A stretch of 64,000 bases of DNA from Squalus acanthias (taxonomy: Eukaryota): positions 69,256,001-69,320,000 of the forward strand of contig CM059438.1 of NCBI GenBank assembly GCA_030390025.1. The letters are read 5' to 3'. Below are positions 59,469-64,000 of the stretch, in pieces. The notes under the pieces are model-generated. The model made no database searches. It was not told the DNA's origin and saw nothing but the letters and a program-made list of their open reading frames with translations. Numbering within the stretch: the first letter of the stretch is position 1; each line of letters starts with the position of its first letter. The position numbers and the translations under genes were made by a program.

Positions 59469-62076
59469 GGCCATGATTTCCCCTCCTCGGCAGGTCCGTG
59501 GCGGGCGAAGTCGATGGCGGGTCCCGACCCCGCTGCTGGCTCCAGCCCGCTGTGTAGAATGATTTTACGTTGATTGGGCTTGTTAAGCACGCAGAGTGCA
59601 TTTGCCGGCCAATTGAAGGAAGCGGGTCTGATGACGTCATTTGATGATGCGTCACCAGCCAGTTTCCTTAAAGGGACCGTGCACAAATTGATTTTGACAT
59701 TTGTGCTGTCAGTGTTCTACAGCATTGAGGTGCTGCAAACACTGACAAGAACTGCACAGAGGTGCAGGGCTGCACCCAGGCTCTCCCATGACTCCCTCCA
59801 TAAGCACGCAGGGAGGTTCTCTTCCCTTCCAATGGGTAGAAGAGACCTCCCCAGGAGACCAACGCAGCCTGGTTGCACATTGCACAGGAGGACACAAGCA
59901 GAGATGTTGTCAGGAGGACCAGGCTGCAGTGGCGCAAACCTTTCAAAGATCTCAATAGATCACGAAACGTTACTGCAAAGCCACACTCAACTTCACCCCG
60001 CTATGCCACCCATCACATCCCCATCACTCTGCCTTCCCTACCCTACTCTTGCACATCCTTACTCACACCAACTTACCTTGCACCTCCACCCATCCCTTTC
60101 TATCTACATTATCACTTCCCCATCTCACTAGCCACCCCTCACACTCACCCTCATCCTACTGCAAGTATACCAACTAACAACACACAAGGGTAGGCATTTG
60201 GGTGTTTTAGCCAATGTTCATGTAAAGTTTCTGTTAATGTGGTGCCAAACATTGAGACCTTTATTTTCAACATCTTGGGCTGGATTTTGCCAGCCCCAAG
60301 GAGGCGGGTATGGAGGCGGGACTGCCGGTAAAGTTGCAGAAAGTGGGGGCGGCTGGCAAACCCACCCCCATCCCGCCTCCGTGCCCTTTTGCCAGGAGGC
60401 GGGAAGTCGTCCTGACCCGGTTCCCGTCTCCTCGAGGCGGAAAAGGGATTAAATCCTTTTAACTGCCTGTTAACAGGTAGTTAACAGGCAGAAAAAAGGA
60501 TTAGTCCCATTTTACCTTACCAACTGCAGGCTTCCCGACCTCAGAGAACCCCGCCGGCTTGGAAGAGTCGAGTAGGGGGTCTGCGGGGGTCGGAGGGGTC
60601 TGAAAGTGAGATGTAGAGGTGAGTGATGGGTGCAAGTGTGGAGTGGTAAGTATGTAAGGTGAGTGTAAATTGTAAACAAATGTTCACTTACCTTTGTTTC
60701 TGCCTACAGCCTTCAGCCATGGTTGATCCGGAGTCCCGACATCTTCCTTGTAGATTTCACAGACTGGCTGTTGGATCCTCCGAACCAGCAGTCATCTGAA
60801 ATCTACAAAGTAGAAAGGTTTGATGAGTCCTGAACACAAGGGCTCATCAAACTATACAGAATGTCAGTGTTTGACAGCTTCACAGAGCTGTCAAACGCTG
60901 ACATTTCTTCTTTCAAGAAATCTTGACAGAAGTCACGTCAGGCATTGACGTGCTCTGTCAGTGACTTCCCCCTAATTAGCCTGCTGAGCCCACAGGGCGG
61001 GCTTAACAAGGTCAATCAGGGGAAAATCCCGCTGGTTGGCCAGAAGATGATGGAGGCGGGACTTAGGCCCGACAAGCAGCAGTCCCGCCTCCAACTCATC
61101 TCCATTCACAAAATCCAGCCCTTTGTGTTCTTTGACAGATATGTGTGCACCTTTGGAAGTGGCCTAGTGAATTGCAGTGACTGGTGAGACACAATGATAG
61201 CCCCCGCATAGGTGATGAGTGTGAAAGAAATGGCTTGGGCATTGTAGGGATGCTTTATGGTTTTGGTGTGGGGTGGTGCCAACCTGGCGCATCATGTGGC
61301 AGTCAGGGTGTACAGCGTCAAGTTAAGTAAATGTGGCCATGGTGAGGCGATACCTGGCATCCCGGGCAACTATGTGGTCGGATGCTGATGCCCTGTGTCC
61401 TGTGCAGCATCAGTTGATTGCAGAGAAGGTTGCTGTTGTTGTTGGTGCTGCTGGTGTGCCTGGTGCTGCTGGTGTTGGAGCTGATCATGGTGGGATTCTG
61501 AGGACCAAGATGAGATAGTTTCAAGGGCACCGATGCTGATGTAATAGATGGCAGGTGAACTTGAAATGACAGAAACAATCTGTCAATGGGGAGAGAGGTT
61601 GTTCCAATGAGGTGACACTGGATAGAGAGTTTGCTCCAAACATTTGCAACCTGCATAAAGCTCAATCTGTCTTCCAAATGTAGTAAGCAACAGCTTCTGA
61701 GCTTGGAAAGTGAACAGTTTTGAGATGGGAGTTTTTATAGCACATTTGCAGCTGTCAAGTAATCAGATGATTCCATGGTCATACAACTCCCAACCTGCTT
61801 ACCTGACGTGATCCCCGAGCAGCGTGGACCCGATGGGCGACCTCATAAAATATTCAGGTGATCTCAAAATAATTTTTAATGGGCTGTTTACAAGGTCAGA
61901 ATGAACTGAATTGCCTCCCCTGCCGCTGCATGTTGGGTCTGTTCAACCCTGACAGACCCGACATCTGGGAAAGTCATGTGTGAAAGGGGGGTTGACAGCG
62001 GGGTCCCGATCCGCCGACGAAAAAAGAAATTCCCACCCAACCCGCCACCAAACTGAATCCTCGAAAAATTCCCCCC
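59469..62076. mobile_element. Non-autonomous Harbinger derivative with a Myb/SANT remnant (~59750-59970)
   Basis: APRLSHDSL...WLHIAQEDTSRDVVRRTRLQWRKPFKDL; weak TIRs flanked by TAT on both sides. Confidence 0.6.
60277..61121. mobile_element. Harbinger-type MITE nested in the 59469-62076 element
   Basis: Perfect 13-bp TIR GGGCTGGATTTTG / CAAAATCCAGCCC; flanks CTT/TTT. Confidence 0.85.
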
Positions 62077-62924
62077 TATGTAATTCATGAGGAGGCTCAG
62101 GTTCATCAGAGAGGCTATGATTGGCCCATGCCATCTGGCTCACTGTGACCTGCAGGGAGAGTTAACAATTTGTCAATCATTACCTGTGGATGTAAAAGTC
62201 ACCACGCCCTCAATTTGTCTGCCCCCAACGGGTACCTCACAATTGAAGACGGTGGTGACTTTTACTCATGGAGAATGGCAGTGTATGTCTGAATGTTGGT
62301 CCCTCCCATACTACTCAGATCACCTTCTAACATTCTGTATCCGGGGAATGTGAGTTCTTAATTCGGTACTGTTGCTCAAATAGTCTCCATTTCAAAGTAG
62401 TCCAAAAGGACTATACCCCCATACAACTCAGGAAGGGATCTCAACATACTGCACCAGCTGATGCCTCATCAACCTCACCAGTGCCTCACTGTGTGCTCCC
62501 TCCTCAGCATTGCTGTGATTTTTTCCTGTGGTATATGTATCTGGGATGGTGGTTGCAACAAGTGGGAATGGTGATAGTTGGTGCTCAGATGAGTGGTGGT
62601 TTTCAGGTCAGCCCAAGTTCTCCTTGATCTGTAGTGATGGCAGATTGAGTACATAAGCACACTTATCCATCTGAATACTCTATTGTCATTACATACACTA
62701 TTATAAGTCATTTGTGTAAATTAGTGTGAATGTAATATCTGATGTAAATCACAGAATATATGATTAATATGGTATATAGCAGGAGCTATGTCTACCGCTC
62801 AAATCTCCACAGTCCCATTTCCAGATTCTCCCTTCTGAATATATCAACCACGGGTTTGGTGAAAGGTACATGGACTGACTTTAAATTTTTTGTTGACAAG
62901 AATGTACTCAATACTGAGGTGTCA

Positions 62925-64000
62925 GAACATACGAACATCCGAATTAGGAGCAGGAGTAGGCCACTTGGCCCTTCGAGCCTGCTCCGCCATTCAATAAGAT
63001 CATGGCTGATCCAATTAATTCCCCATTCCCGCTTACCCCCGATAACTTTTCACCCATCTGCTTACCAAGAATCTATCTACCTCTGCCTTAAAAATATTCA
63101 AAGACTCTGCTTCCACCGCCCTCTGAGGAAGAGAGTTCCAAAGACTCACGACCCTCTGTGAGAAAAAATTTCCCCTCCACTCTGTCTTAAATGGGCGACC
63201 CCTTATTTTTAAACAGTGACCCCTAGTTCTAGATTCTCCCACAAGAGGAAACATCCTCTCCACATCCACCCTGTCCAGATCCCTCAGGATCTTATATGTT
63301 TCAATCAAGTCACCTCTTACGCTTCTAAACTGCAGCGGATACAAGCCGAGCCTGTCCAACCTTTCCTCATAAGACAACCCGCCCATTCCAGGTTTTAATC
63401 TAGTAAACCTTCTCTGAACTGCTTCCAACGCATTTACATCCTTCCTTAAATAAGGAGACCAATACTGTACACAGTACTCCAGATGTGGTCTCACCAATGC
63501 GCTGTAAGTCTGAAGCATAACCTCCTTACTTTTGTATTCAATTCCCCTCGCAATAAACGCTAACATTCTATTAGCTTTCCTAATTACTTGCTGTACCTGC
63601 ATAGTAACCTTTTGTGATTCATGCACTAGGACACCCAGATCCCTCTGCATCTCAGAGCTCTGCAATCTCTCACCATTTAGATAATATGCTTCTTTTTATT
63701 CATCCTGCCAAAATGTACAACTTCACATTTTCCCACATTATACTCCATTTGCCAGATCTTTGCCCACTCACTTAACCTATCTATATCCCTTTGTAGCCTC
63801 CTTATGTCCTCCTCACAATTTACTTTCCTACCTATCTTTGTGTCATCAGCAAATTTAGCAACCATACCTTCAGTCCCTTCATCCAAGTCATTTATATAAA
63901 TAGTAAAAAGTTGAGGCCCCAGCACTGATCCCTGTGGCATACTACTCGTTACATCTTGCCAATCAGAAAATGACCCATTTATGCCTACTCTCTGTTTCCT
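62925..64000 (-). mobile_element. CR1 subfamily A 3' part (runs off the window)
   Basis: Closely similar to the CR1-A copies at 10541 and 24230. Confidence 0.95.

Overview
Eukaryotic, vertebrate-type DNA, most likely from a cartilaginous fish (inferred from the DeuSINE, CR1 and Penelope repeat content). The window appears to be mostly intronic and is dominated by nested mobile elements. LINEs: many CR1 copies of several subfamilies, one full-length at ~31.8-37.8 kb with esterase ORF1, EN-RT ORF2 and a tandem-repeat 5'UTR, plus L2, Tx1/L1, RTE and Zenon-like fragments. Other elements: tRNA-head DeuSINEs, two solo LTRs, a Neptune-type Penelope-like element (PLE) with inverted pseudo-LTRs carrying minimal hammerhead motifs, and a ~200-bp palindromic PLE derivative. 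A PIF/Harbinger set includes one full-length element with an intact 386-aa transposase and a disrupted spliced Myb/SANT partner, two decayed relatives and several MITEs. Four phase-compatible + strand exons at 46.6-55.0 kb suggest a host gene that I cannot name. Best candidates for undescribed biology: the PLE terminal-tail and hammerhead geometry shared by two independent insertions; a CR1 5'UTR built from hairpin-paired splice-donor repeats; a MITE with covarying internal hairpins plus a conserved splice donor; and a nonsense codon shared by two independent CR1 copies. All coordinates were read by eye and element boundaries are approximate unless a TSD is given.
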